From an uncultured Methanosarcinales archaeon (GTDB lineage Archaea; Nanobdellota; Nanobdellia; Woesearchaeales; CAIVOO01), in contig CAZAIK010000001.1 in the NCBI GenBank assembly GCA_964485195.1, forward strand, positions 124,001-188,000: a stretch of 64,000 nt of DNA, written 5' to 3'. The position numbers and the translations under genes were made by a program. Each line of letters begins with the position of its first letter. The stretch's first letter is position 1. A model generated the notes under the pieces. It searched no databases and had not been told where the DNA came from. It worked only from the letters and a program-made list of their open reading frames with translations. Of this stretch, positions 1 through 10,231 are shown in pieces.

Positions 1-2
1 CT

Positions 3-1124
3 GTTGACAGGAAAGTGCTAGACGCTATGCTTCCTTATTTCTCTGAAAAATACGGCAATCCAAACAGCATGCACCAGAAAGGCCTGGAAGCAAGGGAAGC
101 TGTAGACAATGCAAGGCAAAAGGTTGCCGAACTTTTGGGAGCTGACGAGAAGGAAATCTTTTTCACGAGCGGAGGCACAGAGTCTGACAACCTTGCATTG
201 ATGGGTGTTGCGAAGGCATACAAGGAGAAGGGAAATCACATAATCACGACAAACACGGAGCACCACGCTGTTCTTGATACCTGCAAATACCTGGAAGATG
301 CGGAGGGATTCAAGGTCACATACGTTGAAGTGCAGGAAAACGGGATAGTGAATCCTGAGGATATTGAAAAAGCAGTCACCAAAGATACCATATTAATCTC
401 TGTTATGTACGCCAACAATGAGATAGGGACCATCCAGCCTATAAAGGAAATTGCAGAAATAGCCGAAAAGCACAATGTATTGTTCCATACCGATGCCTGC
501 CAGGCAGCGGGCTATCTCAACGTCAATGTTGAGGATTTAGGGATTGACTTGATGACATTGAACGGAAGCAAGATTTACGGCCCGAAGGGAATAGGAATGC
601 TCTATGCCAAAAAAGGAGTGATAGTAAAGCCCCTAATCCACGGGGGAGGGCAGGAGAGAGGCGTAAGGAGCGGGACAGAGAACGTGCCCGGAATTGTGGG
701 GTTTGCAAAGGCGCTGGAAATTGCGCAAAAGGAAAGAGAAAGAGAATCAAAAAAAGTGGCAAAGCTAAGGGACAAGCTGCTTGAAGGAATTAAAAAAAAG
801 ATTCCCCACATCAGCATAAACGGGGACATGGAAAAGAAGCTTCCCAACAACCTCAACGTGTCATTTTTGGGAGTTGAAGGGGAAGCAATGCTTTTGCACC
901 TTGACAAGGAAGGGATCTGCGCCTCAACAGGAAGCGCCTGCTCTTCCCATTCATTGGAGCCTTCCCACGTTATAAAAGCTTTGGGATTGAGTGATGAGGC
1001 TTCTCACGGTTCATTAAGATTTTCACTGGGGAAGCACACAACAGAGGAAGACATTGAAAAGGTTTTGAAGGAACTGCCAAAGATTGTTGAAAGCCTGAGA
1101 AAAATATCGCCCATAGCACCATGA
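3..1124 (+). CDS. iscS: Cysteine desulfurase IscS/NifS (5'-truncated by window edge)
   Basis: YGNPNS, FTSGGTESDN, PLP-lysine motif NGSKIYGPKG, catalytic GSACSS; frame is open back to the window start. Confidence 0.97.
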   Translation, partial: VDRKVLDAMLPYFSEKYGNPNSMHQKGLEAREAVDNARQKVAELLGADEKEIFFTSGGTESDNLALMGVAKAYKEKGNHIITTNTEHHAVLDTCKYLEDAEGFKVTYVEVQENGIVNPEDIEKAVTKDTILISVMYANNEIGTIQPIKEIAEIAEKHNVLFHTDACQAAGYLNVNVEDLGIDLMTLNGSKIYGPKGIGMLYAKKGVIVKPLIHGGGQERGVRSGTENVPGIVGFAKALEIAQKERERESKKVAKLRDKLLEGIKKKIPHISINGDMEKKLPNNLNVSFLGVEGEAMLLHLDKEGICASTGSACSSHSLEPSHVIKALGLSDEASHGSLRFSLGKHTTEEDIEKVLKELPKIVESLRKISPIAP

Positions 1125-2863
1125 GCAACAAATGGTTTTATTCGGAAGAGGTAAAGGAGCATTTCTTTAATCCCAAGAACATTATCAAGTCCAAGGAAGA
1201 GGCTGAAAAATTCAATGCAGACGGCGTCGGAATAGTTGGAAATCCTAAATGTCTATTGCCCTATGAAAGAATACACACAGATGAGAGAATTATTGAAATA
1301 TCAAAATTGAAAAAAAGGCAAAAAGTACTTACTCATACAGGAGAGTACAGTAAAATATCAAAAATACTGGAAAGAGATTATAAGGGCAAGGCAATAAAAT
1401 TCAAAAATAAACTTGGAAATTTAACACTAACCCCAGATCATCTAGTGTATGGAATTAGTGTTCCAAAAGGAAACAAATCCTACAGGAATAAGCACAAAAA
1501 AACACTGATTCCTTCATGGTACCATGCAGAACACTTAAAAAAGAATGATCTGCTTCTTTACCCAATATACAAAACAAAAAAAGATAAAAAATTTATCAAA
1601 ATAGAAATACTAAAATCAAAGTGGGATTTCAAAAGCAAAGAAGTTCCCAATAAAATTCCAGTTAATTCAAAATTTCTGAGATTGCTAGGTTATTTTTTAT
1701 CAGAAGGCAATGTTCAAGATAAGCCATCAAAAGCATATATCTCCTTCTCATTGAACATAAATGAAAAAGAGATTGTGGAAGACATAAAAAAGATATCCGA
1801 AAGTCTTTTTAATCTTGAAATAAAAATTACAGAATACCCTAAAAATAACTGTTCGGTGGTGCACATATACAATGCAAAACTTGCGAGGTTCTTTTTGGAG
1901 TTATGTGGGAACGGAGCGGCAAATAAAAAAATTCCTTCTTTTGTGATGGATCTTCCAATCAAAAAACAGGAAGCCTTGTTATTTGGACTTTGGAAAGGCC
2001 ATGGATATGTTAATATTGAAAGAACAGGTCCAAGAGCAGGTTATGCTACCACCTCTTATCAATTAGCTCAGCAGATAAAAACCTTATTATTAAGACAAAA
2101 AATTGCCCCTTCATTATACACGGACAATGGGAAAAAAGTTAAAGGAATCAGTAGAAAAACAGCATACAGAATTCATATCGGTCAAAGAGACTCTCTAAAA
2201 AAGTTATGTAAAATACTTAAATTAAAATATTGTCCAAAATCCTACGAGTCTATAGAATCTTGGTTTGATAATAATTACTTTTATACTCCAATAACAACAA
2301 AGAAACTGGTTGAATATGAAGGAAAAGTTCATAATTTAGAAGTAGAAAAAGCGCATTCTTATGTATCTGAATCTGCATCTGTTCATAATTGTGGAGATAT
2401 GATGAAGATGTGGATCAAGGTTGACAAAGGCATTATCACAGACTGCAAATACCAGACATTCGGCTGCGCATCTGCAATTGCAACCACCTCTGTGCTTTCA
2501 GAAATGGTAAAAGGGATGAAGGTGGAAGACGCATTCAAGATAACCCCCAAGGAAATTGTGGAAAAATTGGGAGGGCTGCCTGCAATAAAATTCCACTGCT
2601 CTGTGCTGGGAGACAAGGCATTGAGAGAGGCAATAAATGATTATTACAGGAGAACGGACCAGATTGAAAAAATTGTAACTGACTCCCCAATGGTCGATGA
2701 AACCCTGAGGATAACAGAAAGGGATATTGAAAACGCAGTAATTGAGGGCGCAAAAACCCTTGAAGATGTCCAGGCCAGGACAAAGGCAGGCCTCATCAAC
2801 GAAAAAGCAATCCCCAGAATAAAAGAGCTTATCAAGATTTTCAGGAAAAAGCATTCTGTTTAA
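1121..2863 (+). CDS. iscU: IscU/NifU-type Fe-S scaffold with an intein and a C-terminal BFD-like domain
   Basis: YSEEVKEHFFNPKN, GNPK|CGD after intein removal, FGCASA, KFHCSVL; directly follows iscS. Confidence 0.93.
   Translation: MSNKWFYSEEVKEHFFNPKNIIKSKEEAEKFNADGVGIVGNPKCLLPYERIHTDERIIEISKLKKRQKVLTHTGEYSKISKILERDYKGKAIKFKNKLGNLTLTPDHLVYGISVPKGNKSYRNKHKKTLIPSWYHAEHLKKNDLLLYPIYKTKKDKKFIKIEILKSKWDFKSKEVPNKIPVNSKFLRLLGYFLSEGNVQDKPSKAYISFSLNINEKEIVEDIKKISESLFNLEIKITEYPKNNCSVVHIYNAKLARFFLELCGNGAANKKIPSFVMDLPIKKQEALLFGLWKGHGYVNIERTGPRAGYATTSYQLAQQIKTLLLRQKIAPSLYTDNGKKVKGISRKTAYRIHIGQRDSLKKLCKILKLKYCPKSYESIESWFDNNYFYTPITTKKLVEYEGKVHNLEVEKAHSYVSESASVHNCGDMMKMWIKVDKGIITDCKYQTFGCASAIATTSVLSEMVKGMKVEDAFKITPKEIVEKLGGLPAIKFHCSVLGDKALREAINDYYRRTDQIEKIVTDSPMVDETLRITERDIENAVIEGAKTLEDVQARTKAGLINEKAIPRIKELIKIFRKKHSV
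1250..2389 (+). mobile_element. 380-aa intein with LAGLIDADG-type endonuclease domain in iscU
   Basis: Starts with Cys (CLLPYE), block B LTPDH, LLGYFLSEG and LFGLWKGHG motifs, block F VHNLEVE, ends VHN followed by Cys; visibly AT-richer than flanks. Confidence 0.95.
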
Positions 2864-2900
2864 TCATAAACTTTAAATAAAAAAGCAGAAACCAAGGATT

Positions 2901-4283
2901 ATGCTTCCAAAAGATGCACCGCTCAAAAAATTGTTCAAGGAAATAATAGGCATATTAAATTCCAAAGCTGTCTACAGCGATTTGCTGCTGATTGATGAAT
3001 CAGTGCTTGAAATCTCCAAGGACTTCTCAACAATGGACATCTCAAACACGGGCGAGAAAGGCGTTAAGATGCGCGCTTTTGACGGCAGGAAATGGCTTGA
3101 GAGGTTCACCACGGATCTAACCCCTGAAAATCTTAAGAACGTCGCCAGGGAACTGGCAGGCCGGATAAAAAAAGTGCAGAATCCAATGGTCTTTGAGGAC
3201 AAGAAAGCAGAGAAGGGCTTTTCTGACAATCCAAGGATAAATCCAAAAAGAGTCTCCTTAAGCGAAAAGATAAAGGTTACAGACAAGATAAGAAATTACC
3301 TTAAAAAACAGGAGCATTTGAAGAACGGCAGGGCAAGGTACGATGAGGAGGTCAGCAAAAGAATCTTCTGCTCCCAAAACAGGTATCTTGTTCAGGAAAA
3401 CTCAAAAGTAACTGTTGTGGCAATAGCATTAACCCAGGATGGGCAGGGCCATACAAGGTTTTGCTATGACAATTCATTCGGGAATGGATTTGAAGCTGCC
3501 GGTAACGCTCTTAAGGTGGCAAAGGAAGCCGCTGAAACGGCGAAAAAGCTGACAAAGGTGAAAAAGCTCAGGCCGGGCAAGTACCACTGCATCTTGGCAG
3601 GCAGAATCACCGGATTGCTCGCTCACGAATCATTCGGGCACGGGATGGAGTCCGACACAGTGTACAAGGACAGGGCCCTTGCCAAGCACTGGAAGAACAG
3701 GAAAATAGCTGCTGACTTTGTTAACATACTTGACGACCCCTCGCTTCCCAGCAAGCACGGAAGCATATACTTTGATGATGAGGGAGAAATAGCAAAGCCA
3801 ACATATCTTATCAAGAATGGGGTTGTTAATGATTACATTACTGAAATGCTCACTGCAAAAAAGCTTAATGTGCCCAGGAGCGCCAATGGAAGGACAGAGT
3901 CATTTGACCACAAGGCATATGCAAGGATGACTAACACCTTCTTCGCAAAAGGCCCTCACGATGTCAAGGATATGGTAAGCAAGGTAAAGGATGGAATTTT
4001 CCTTTTCGGCCGAGGGGGAGGGATGGAAGACCCCAAGGGGTGGGGAGTTCAGATACAGAGCGTTTTCGGCCAGAGGATTACAAACGGCAAGCTAGTGGAT
4101 GAATATTACGATGATATTGGCATTACAGGATATCTCCCCACAATCCTGGAGAACATAAAACAGGTCTCAAAGACAGAGTTCAAGATGGAAAACCTGGGGC
4201 ACTGTGGGAAGGGACACAAGGAATGGGTGCCTGTCTCAGAGGGAGGCCCTTATTTGAGAATTGAAAATCTTGATTTAGGATGA
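2901..4283 (+). CDS. tldD: TldD family metalloprotease
   Basis: HESFGHGME, DDEG, ARMTN, C-terminal CGK and PVSEGGP motifs. Confidence 0.92.
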   Translation: MLPKDAPLKKLFKEIIGILNSKAVYSDLLLIDESVLEISKDFSTMDISNTGEKGVKMRAFDGRKWLERFTTDLTPENLKNVARELAGRIKKVQNPMVFEDKKAEKGFSDNPRINPKRVSLSEKIKVTDKIRNYLKKQEHLKNGRARYDEEVSKRIFCSQNRYLVQENSKVTVVAIALTQDGQGHTRFCYDNSFGNGFEAAGNALKVAKEAAETAKKLTKVKKLRPGKYHCILAGRITGLLAHESFGHGMESDTVYKDRALAKHWKNRKIAADFVNILDDPSLPSKHGSIYFDDEGEIAKPTYLIKNGVVNDYITEMLTAKKLNVPRSANGRTESFDHKAYARMTNTFFAKGPHDVKDMVSKVKDGIFLFGRGGGMEDPKGWGVQIQSVFGQRITNGKLVDEYYDDIGITGYLPTILENIKQVSKTEFKMENLGHCGKGHKEWVPVSEGGPYLRIENLDLG

Positions 4284-5563
4284 GAGAAAGAATAACAAGC
4301 CAGCTGAAAAAGGAAAAACTGGACTTCTGGAAACTGGAGGAGCTGGAAACAGAGAGAAGCAACATCTATTTTGAGAAGGACGAGGAAGAAAGCCACCTCA
4401 GCGGCAAACGAAAGGACTATCTGGTAACTGTTTACAAGAAGTCAGGTGATTTTCTTGGAGAGTCAGCAGTCACCATAAAGGAGGGGGATGACATCAACAG
4501 GAAGATCAAGGAGGCCATAACAGCGGCAAGGCTAATCAAAAATCCCTATTATGTGCCTTTTGAAAAATTCAGGAAACACCCTTCCTTGCAAAAGGCAAAG
4601 AACCTGCCATCTTATGAGGAGCTCAAAAAAAAGGTCAAGGAGGCATGCAAGGAAACTGAAAAACCTGATGCCAAAATCAACGCCTTTGAAGTTTTCACCA
4701 AGAAATCAAGAGTGACTGTGACGACAAGCATCGGTCAGGAGCTGAGCGAGAGCCGCAATTCAGCTTATGCAGAATGTGTTATAACAGCAAAAGGCAGGAG
4801 GGGTGAGATGGAATATCTGCCCATGCGCTCGGAATCAGTGCTTGAGCAGATTAATCTAAGGGATTTTGTCAGGAAAAATCACAAGATTGCCAGGGACATA
4901 GCAAACAGCTCCCCGCCGAAGAATTTCAGGGGTAGCGTGGTCCTTACAGGGGATGCCCTGGGAGAGTTTTTCATAAACTCGCCTGTGGAAAACCCTGCAG
5001 TGATTCATTCATCTGCAAGAATAAAATATATGAACATTTCAAGATTTGAAAAGGGAAAACAGTTTGAAAAGAGCATAAAAGGGGACAGGATAACTATAAA
5101 GTCAAATCCCCTCATCAAGAAGGGGCTGAGAAGCTCGGCTTTCGACCAGAACCTTGTTCCTGCACAGGAGATTGTTTTGATAGAAGAAGGGATTTTCAAA
5201 AACTTTTTTGCAAGCAAGAAATATGCCGATTATCTGGGAATAAAACCCACAGGCCCTTTGGGAAACATAGAAGTGGAAACAGGAGATACAGCTTCAAAAG
5301 AATTTCTTAAGGATGGAAACATTGAAATCGTTTCCTTCTCCTGGTTCAGCCCCAACTCCTACTCAGGGGATTTCACTGCAGAGATAAGACTGGGTTATGT
5401 TATTAAAAACGGAAAAAAGATTCCTTTCAAGGGCGGAATGTGGGTAGGCAATTATTTCAAGGTGCTGGCAGACTGCAGACTCGCTAAGGAAAGATGGTGC
5501 AAGTCAGGCTATTACGGGCCAAAAGCGATAAGGTTTGACAATTCATTCATCAGCGGTTTGTGA
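4280..5563 (+). CDS. tldE: TldE/PmbA family protein
   Basis: Overlaps the tldD stop; SSAFD, SGDF, lacks HExxxH. Confidence 0.8.
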   Translation: MRERITSQLKKEKLDFWKLEELETERSNIYFEKDEEESHLSGKRKDYLVTVYKKSGDFLGESAVTIKEGDDINRKIKEAITAARLIKNPYYVPFEKFRKHPSLQKAKNLPSYEELKKKVKEACKETEKPDAKINAFEVFTKKSRVTVTTSIGQELSESRNSAYAECVITAKGRRGEMEYLPMRSESVLEQINLRDFVRKNHKIARDIANSSPPKNFRGSVVLTGDALGEFFINSPVENPAVIHSSARIKYMNISRFEKGKQFEKSIKGDRITIKSNPLIKKGLRSSAFDQNLVPAQEIVLIEEGIFKNFFASKKYADYLGIKPTGPLGNIEVETGDTASKEFLKDGNIEIVSFSWFSPNSYSGDFTAEIRLGYVIKNGKKIPFKGGMWVGNYFKVLADCRLAKERWCKSGYYGPKAIRFDNSFISGL

Positions 5564-5998
5564 TTCAAGAATTTTCTTGATCAAGGGGCCTATTCCATCT
5601 GTGCTTCTTTCGTCAAAGAAATAAGTGTTAGGGAGGGAGTCAAATGTCTTTTTGATTTCTGACAGCCTTTCACCGTTCGCAAGAGTGGTGTAGATAACAG
5701 GTGTTTTCTTGTTGGGATTGTCAGGCTGCCTTAATTTGTTAACAAAATAGAAAGAGTGCCATACCGGGATTTCCTCAGGATTATATCCCATTGACTTCAG
5801 CAATGTTGCTGAATCTGTGCGGGCACCAGCTGTTGTCTGCAATATTATCAAGTCCATCTGCTTGTCCAGCGAATCTTCCTCAGTGATAGGGATTGTGTTG
5901 CGCATATCTACCTCAAATCCGTTTTTTTTGAGAACATCCTCCCATTCATAGGCCACAGAGGGCACGCTGTAGAATATTGCTGCTTGCATTTTTACCAC
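5543..5998 (-). CDS. Hypothetical protein, receiver (CheY)-like fold without the acceptor Asp
   Basis: VLKKNGFEV, DLIILQ, TPVIYTT pattern. Confidence 0.5.
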   Translation of the reverse strand: MVKMQAAIFYSVPSVAYEWEDVLKKNGFEVDMRNTIPITEEDSLDKQMDLIILQTTAGARTDSATLLKSMGYNPEEIPVWHSFYFVNKLRQPDNPNKKTPVIYTTLANGERLSEIKKTFDSLPNTYFFDERSTDGIGPLIKKILESQTADE

Positions 5999-6076
5999 TA
6001 GATAATAAGTAAAGTATAAATATCTTTCTGAAAAAGTTTATAAAGGCCTCTATAAATCAAGGTTTAAGGAGGTAAA

Positions 6077-6502
6077 ATGCTTTATTTAGGCGCAGACCAC
6101 GCAGGCTACAAACTGAAGGAATTTCTTAAGAAACACCTGGAAAAGAAAGGCGTTAAATATATGGATTTGGGAACGTATTCTGAAGATTCAGTGGATTACC
6201 CTGATCTTGCCTTTAAAGTTGCCAGAAAGGCGGCTAAAGAAAAGAATGCAAAGGGGATATTAATCTGCGGGACAGGCACAGGTATGGTAATGGCAGCAAA
6301 CAAGGTGAAAGGCATAAGGGCGGCCGTGGCTTACGACGAGTACTCTGCAAAGATGAGCAGGCATGACAATAATGCAAACATCCTCTGTTTGAGAGGAAGA
6401 AAAGTTGATGTGAAAAGACAGCAAAAGCTCGTGGACATCTGGCTGAAAACACCTTTCTCACAAATTGCCAGGCACAGGAGAAGACTGAAGAAACTAAGGT
6501 GA
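6077..6502 (+). CDS. rpiB: Ribose-5-phosphate isomerase B
   Basis: GADHAG, VDYPD, CGTGTG, ANKVKGIRAA, HDNNAN. Confidence 0.96.
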   Translation: MLYLGADHAGYKLKEFLKKHLEKKGVKYMDLGTYSEDSVDYPDLAFKVARKAAKEKNAKGILICGTGTGMVMAANKVKGIRAAVAYDEYSAKMSRHDNNANILCLRGRKVDVKRQQKLVDIWLKTPFSQIARHRRRLKKLR

Positions 6503-6875
6503 AAAAATACAAAAAACTGATAAAAAAGGGATTTCAGAGCCTTTGGAGAAAATTCCTTTTCACGGCAAGGCACCCTTCAAGAGGCTCTTAATGTTTGATA
6601 ACAAGATGTTTCCAGATTCTGATTCAAAAATAAGGCATATTGCAGTCCATATGATAGAAAAAATGCCTGAGTACAGCGAGCTGCATTCCCACAAATTTGA
6701 CGAGATAAACTTGATACTAAGTGAAAAAGAAAGATTAAAATATGAGATAGTTCTTGAAGATGAAAAGTACAAGGTAGCTTCGCCTGCAACAGTTTATATC
6801 CCAAGGGGTGTAAGACATTCAGCACAGGCCATTGAAGGAGAAGGAATTTTCATCTGTTTGACAATAATAAAATGA
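6499..6875 (+). CDS. Cupin-domain protein; GTG start at 6499 needs a -1 shift at 6522-6528 (alternative TTG start 6543)
   Basis: HSHKFDE and IPRGVRH cupin motifs; GTG overlaps the rpiB stop. Confidence 0.75.
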
Positions 6876-7519
6876 GAAAGGTAATACCCGCGGTTTTGGA
6901 GAAGGACTTTGGGGAGTTCCAGAAATCCTTAGAAATTGCACAAACGCTGTCAAAAAGAGTTCAGATAGATGTGGCTGACGGCTGGTTTGTTAAGAACAAA
7001 ACCATCGGCCCCAAAGAGCTTGAAAAAATCAGGACGCGGGCCAAGCTTGAGTTCCACCTGATGGTGAGCAATCCGAAAAGGTATTTTGACGCAATAGCGG
7101 ACAAGGCGGACATTATAACAGTGCCTGCTGAGCTTGACAATGCAGAATACCTTGTTGATGAAATCATCAAGAGAAAGAAAAAGCCGGCTGTCGCCCTCAA
7201 CCCGGAAACCAACATAAAAAAGCTAATTCCTGTTATAAACAAGGTGAAAAAGGTTATAGTTATGACGGTCGCTCCCGGAAAGCAGGGCTCAAGATTTATC
7301 TCTTCTGCCCTGGAAAAGATAAAGGGAATTAAAATGATGAACAAGAAAGTCGTTGTTCAGGTTGACGGCGGGATAGACACAGACACCATAGGCAGGGCTG
7401 AAACTGCCGGCGCTGACGAGTTTGTGGTGGGGCATATGATTATAGGGGCTGAAAACCCCAGGAAAATGTACGACACCCTGCGAAGAAAAAAGAGAAGCTT
7501 TCTCAGGATGATCCGTTAG
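6872..7519 (+). CDS. rpe: Ribulose-phosphate 3-epimerase
   Basis: IDVADGWFV, HLMV, ALNPET, MTVAPG, VDGGI. Confidence 0.92.
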   Translation: MRKVIPAVLEKDFGEFQKSLEIAQTLSKRVQIDVADGWFVKNKTIGPKELEKIRTRAKLEFHLMVSNPKRYFDAIADKADIITVPAELDNAEYLVDEIIKRKKKPAVALNPETNIKKLIPVINKVKKVIVMTVAPGKQGSRFISSALEKIKGIKMMNKKVVVQVDGGIDTDTIGRAETAGADEFVVGHMIIGAENPRKMYDTLRRKKRSFLRMIR

Positions 7520-7524
7520 AGTGG

Positions 7525-9789
7525 TTAAATCTTCGGTTTGTATCTTTTCATAAACAGGGAATTCGTGACAACACTGACAGAACTGAAGGCCATTGCCGCC
7601 CCTGCTATAATCGGGGAGAGCAGCCATCCTGTAAAAGGATAAAGGACTCCCGCAGCAATGGGAATGCCAACAGAATTGTAAAAAAATGCCCAGAAAAGGT
7701 TTTGCTTTATTTTCCTCATCGTATAACTGCTTAAGTCCATCGCGTTCACAACATCCCTTAAATCCTCCTTAATCAGAACAATGTCTCCTGACTCAATTGC
7801 AATGTCTGTGCCAGAACCTATGGCAATTCCTACATCTGCCTGCGTTAAAGCGGGGGCATCATTTATCCCGTCGCCGACCATCGCAACCTGTTTTCCTTCT
7901 TGCTGGAGCTTTTTGATTGCTTTTACTTTATCCTCGGGCAGGATTTCCGCTAAAACCCTCCTTATTCCAAGCTGTTTGGCTATTGCCTTCCCTGTCCTTT
8001 CATTATCTCCTGTAATCATAATCACTTCCCTGCCCATATCTTCCAATGTCCTGACTGTATTTTTGGAATTTACTTTTAGAGTGTCCGCGACCGCTATCAA
8101 CCCCGCGGGCTTCTTGGACAATGCCACTATCATCACTGTTCTGCCTTTCTCCTCTAACTTTCGGATTTTATTTTCAAGTTTTTCCGTGCTTATTTTCTTG
8201 TCCCGCATTAAAGACCGGTTTCCCAGATGAATCAGCTTTTTGTTATATTTAGCCTCTATCCCTTTCCCTGTCATAGACTTGAACTCTTCGGCATCAGGCA
8301 CTTTAATTTTCATTTGCTTTGCCTTTTTGACTATGGCTTCCCCCAAAGGATGCTCAGAATTCTTCTCTGCTATTGCTGCTAATTTCAAGATTTCCTTTTT
8401 ACCTGATTTCCCCAGCTCAACAATATCCGTAACTTTGGGCTCCCCCTCTGTTAATGTTCCCGTCTTGTCAAAAACTATTGAACCAAGTTTATGCGCAGTT
8501 TGCAGTGCGCCTGCGCTTTTTATAAGAATCCCCCGCTCGGCCCCCAGCCCTGTTCCTATCATTACAGCTGTGGGCGTCGCGAGGCCCAAAGCGCACGGAC
8601 AGGCGATTATTATGACTGCAACAAACACTGTCAGGGAGAATGCGAATCCGAAACCGAAACCGAACCAGATTAAAAAGCTGGCAAGGGCTATTATAAGCAC
8701 TGCGGGAACAAAATATGCTGCAACCTTGTCTGCCAGCTTCTGTATCGGGGCCTTGCTGCTTTGCGCTTCCTCAACAAGCTTAATTATCTGGGCCAGCGCG
8801 GTATCTTTTCCTACTTTTGTTGCTTTAAACTTAAAAGAGCCTGTCTTGTTAATTGTGGCGCCAATAACCTTGTCCCCTTTTATCTTTTCTACAGGAATGC
8901 TTTCCCCTGTAATCATGCTCTCATCCACAGAGGATTTTCCTTCGGTAATAATCCCATCCACCGGGATTTTCTGTCCCGGCTTGACCACAACTATGTCATC
9001 CACCTGAACTTCTTCAATGGGAACCTCCTTCTCTTTTCCTTTCCTGATTACCGCCGCTGTCTTTGCCTGAAGGCCAAGCAGTTTTTTTATTGATTCAGAT
9101 GTTTTTCCCTTTGCGACCGCTTCCAGATACTTGCCCAGCAGGATAAAGGCAATTAATATGCCTGCTATTTCAAAGTATAGCTGGTCATTTCCAAAAGAAG
9201 GACTGCCCGTCCATATCATAATGGAAACAAAAAGGCTGTATACATAAGCAGCTCCTGTCCCAAGCGCCACCAAAGTGTCCATATTGGCAGCTTTTGTTTT
9301 AACAACAGAAAGAAATCCCCTGGTGTAGAATTGGTATCCTGCAAAAAGGATGGGTGTGGTGAGTATCAGCTGAATTACAGCCATATTGTTTTCAACAAAA
9401 GAAGGGATAGGCAGGGCTATGTGCGGCGCCATAGCGAAGTACAGCAAAGGCGCTGCCAGGATTATAGAGATCAGAAACCTTGTTTTGAGGCTTTTAATTT
9501 CCTTATCTCTTGCCTGTTTTTCAGCATCGTCCATACTCCCTTTATCTTTCCCGCCTTCTTTTATAACGCGGTATCCTGTAGATTCTACAGCTTCATCAAT
9601 TTCTTCCCTGGATATCTTAAAAGGGTCATATTCAATACGGGCTTTCTCGGAGGCAAAGTCCACACTTACTCTTTTTATGCCCTTGGTATTCTTTAGCGCA
9701 GATTCAATCGGCAAAACGCACGATGCGCAGTTCATTCCGCTTATCTTAATCGTTACAGATTCCTTATTTTCTTTCCTTTCTTTTTTCAT
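7525..9789 (-). CDS. copA: Cu(I)-translocating P1B-type ATPase
   Basis: GMNCASC metal-binding domain, TGES, CPC, DKTGT, HP, GDGIND, YN and MAFSS. Confidence 0.97.
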   Translation of the reverse strand: MKKERKENKESVTIKISGMNCASCVLPIESALKNTKGIKRVSVDFASEKARIEYDPFKISREEIDEAVESTGYRVIKEGGKDKGSMDDAEKQARDKEIKSLKTRFLISIILAAPLLYFAMAPHIALPIPSFVENNMAVIQLILTTPILFAGYQFYTRGFLSVVKTKAANMDTLVALGTGAAYVYSLFVSIMIWTGSPSFGNDQLYFEIAGILIAFILLGKYLEAVAKGKTSESIKKLLGLQAKTAAVIRKGKEKEVPIEEVQVDDIVVVKPGQKIPVDGIITEGKSSVDESMITGESIPVEKIKGDKVIGATINKTGSFKFKATKVGKDTALAQIIKLVEEAQSSKAPIQKLADKVAAYFVPAVLIIALASFLIWFGFGFGFAFSLTVFVAVIIIACPCALGLATPTAVMIGTGLGAERGILIKSAGALQTAHKLGSIVFDKTGTLTEGEPKVTDIVELGKSGKKEILKLAAIAEKNSEHPLGEAIVKKAKQMKIKVPDAEEFKSMTGKGIEAKYNKKLIHLGNRSLMRDKKISTEKLENKIRKLEEKGRTVMIVALSKKPAGLIAVADTLKVNSKNTVRTLEDMGREVIMITGDNERTGKAIAKQLGIRRVLAEILPEDKVKAIKKLQQEGKQVAMVGDGINDAPALTQADVGIAIGSGTDIAIESGDIVLIKEDLRDVVNAMDLSSYTMRKIKQNLFWAFFYNSVGIPIAAGVLYPFTGWLLSPIIAGAAMAFSSVSVVTNSLFMKRYKPKI

Positions 9790-9949
9790 CTTTAATTGTT
9801 ATAGCTTTAGCGATTATTTTCATATTGCAGCTTTTATGTTTTCTGCACCAGGATTCGCATTTCTCAGCGATTGATTTCTCTTTATAGATAAAACCGCATT
9901 CGCTGCATTTAAAGCATTTCTTCCCTTTGTATTCAACTTCGTTGACCAT
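9764..9949 (-). CDS. Small Cys-rich putative metal-binding protein
   Basis: CSECG...CESWC...C; co-oriented upstream of copA. Confidence 0.7.
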   Translation of the reverse strand: MVNEVEYKGKKCFKCSECGFIYKEKSIAEKCESWCRKHKSCNMKIIAKAITIKDEKRKERK

Positions 9950-9978
9950 TTTAAAAAGCACTTAAAAAAATAAAAAAA

Positions 9979-10227
9979 TCAGGCAAATTTGTTGTAGAGC
10001 CATCCGAAGACGAACAGCGCCACGAAGCTGAATATTGCTGCCTCGATCATCCCCGATATTATTCCCGCAGCGCTCAAAGAGAAAAATATGTGGTGGGCTT
10101 TCATAATCTCTATTGCGCTGAGCGCTATGCTGAAGTTTCCGAGGACGCCCATTATCAGCATCCAGATAGCTGAGAGTATTGCCCCTGCATAGCCAAGAGA
10201 CAACGCATTTAGTTTAGTTGCTGCCAT
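9979..10227 (-). CDS. Small two-TM membrane protein in the copper cluster
   Basis: Two hydrophobic helices flanking MKAHH. Confidence 0.7.
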   Translation of the reverse strand: MAATKLNALSLGYAGAILSAIWMLIMGVLGNFSIALSAIEIMKAHHIFFSLSAAGIISGMIEAAIFSFVALFVFGWLYNKFA

Positions 10228-10231
10228 TTTT

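Noticed and set aside
7781..9874. Long plus-strand ORFs opposite copA, and similar antisense ORFs across the window
   Set aside because: Shadows of well-supported genes, without motifs
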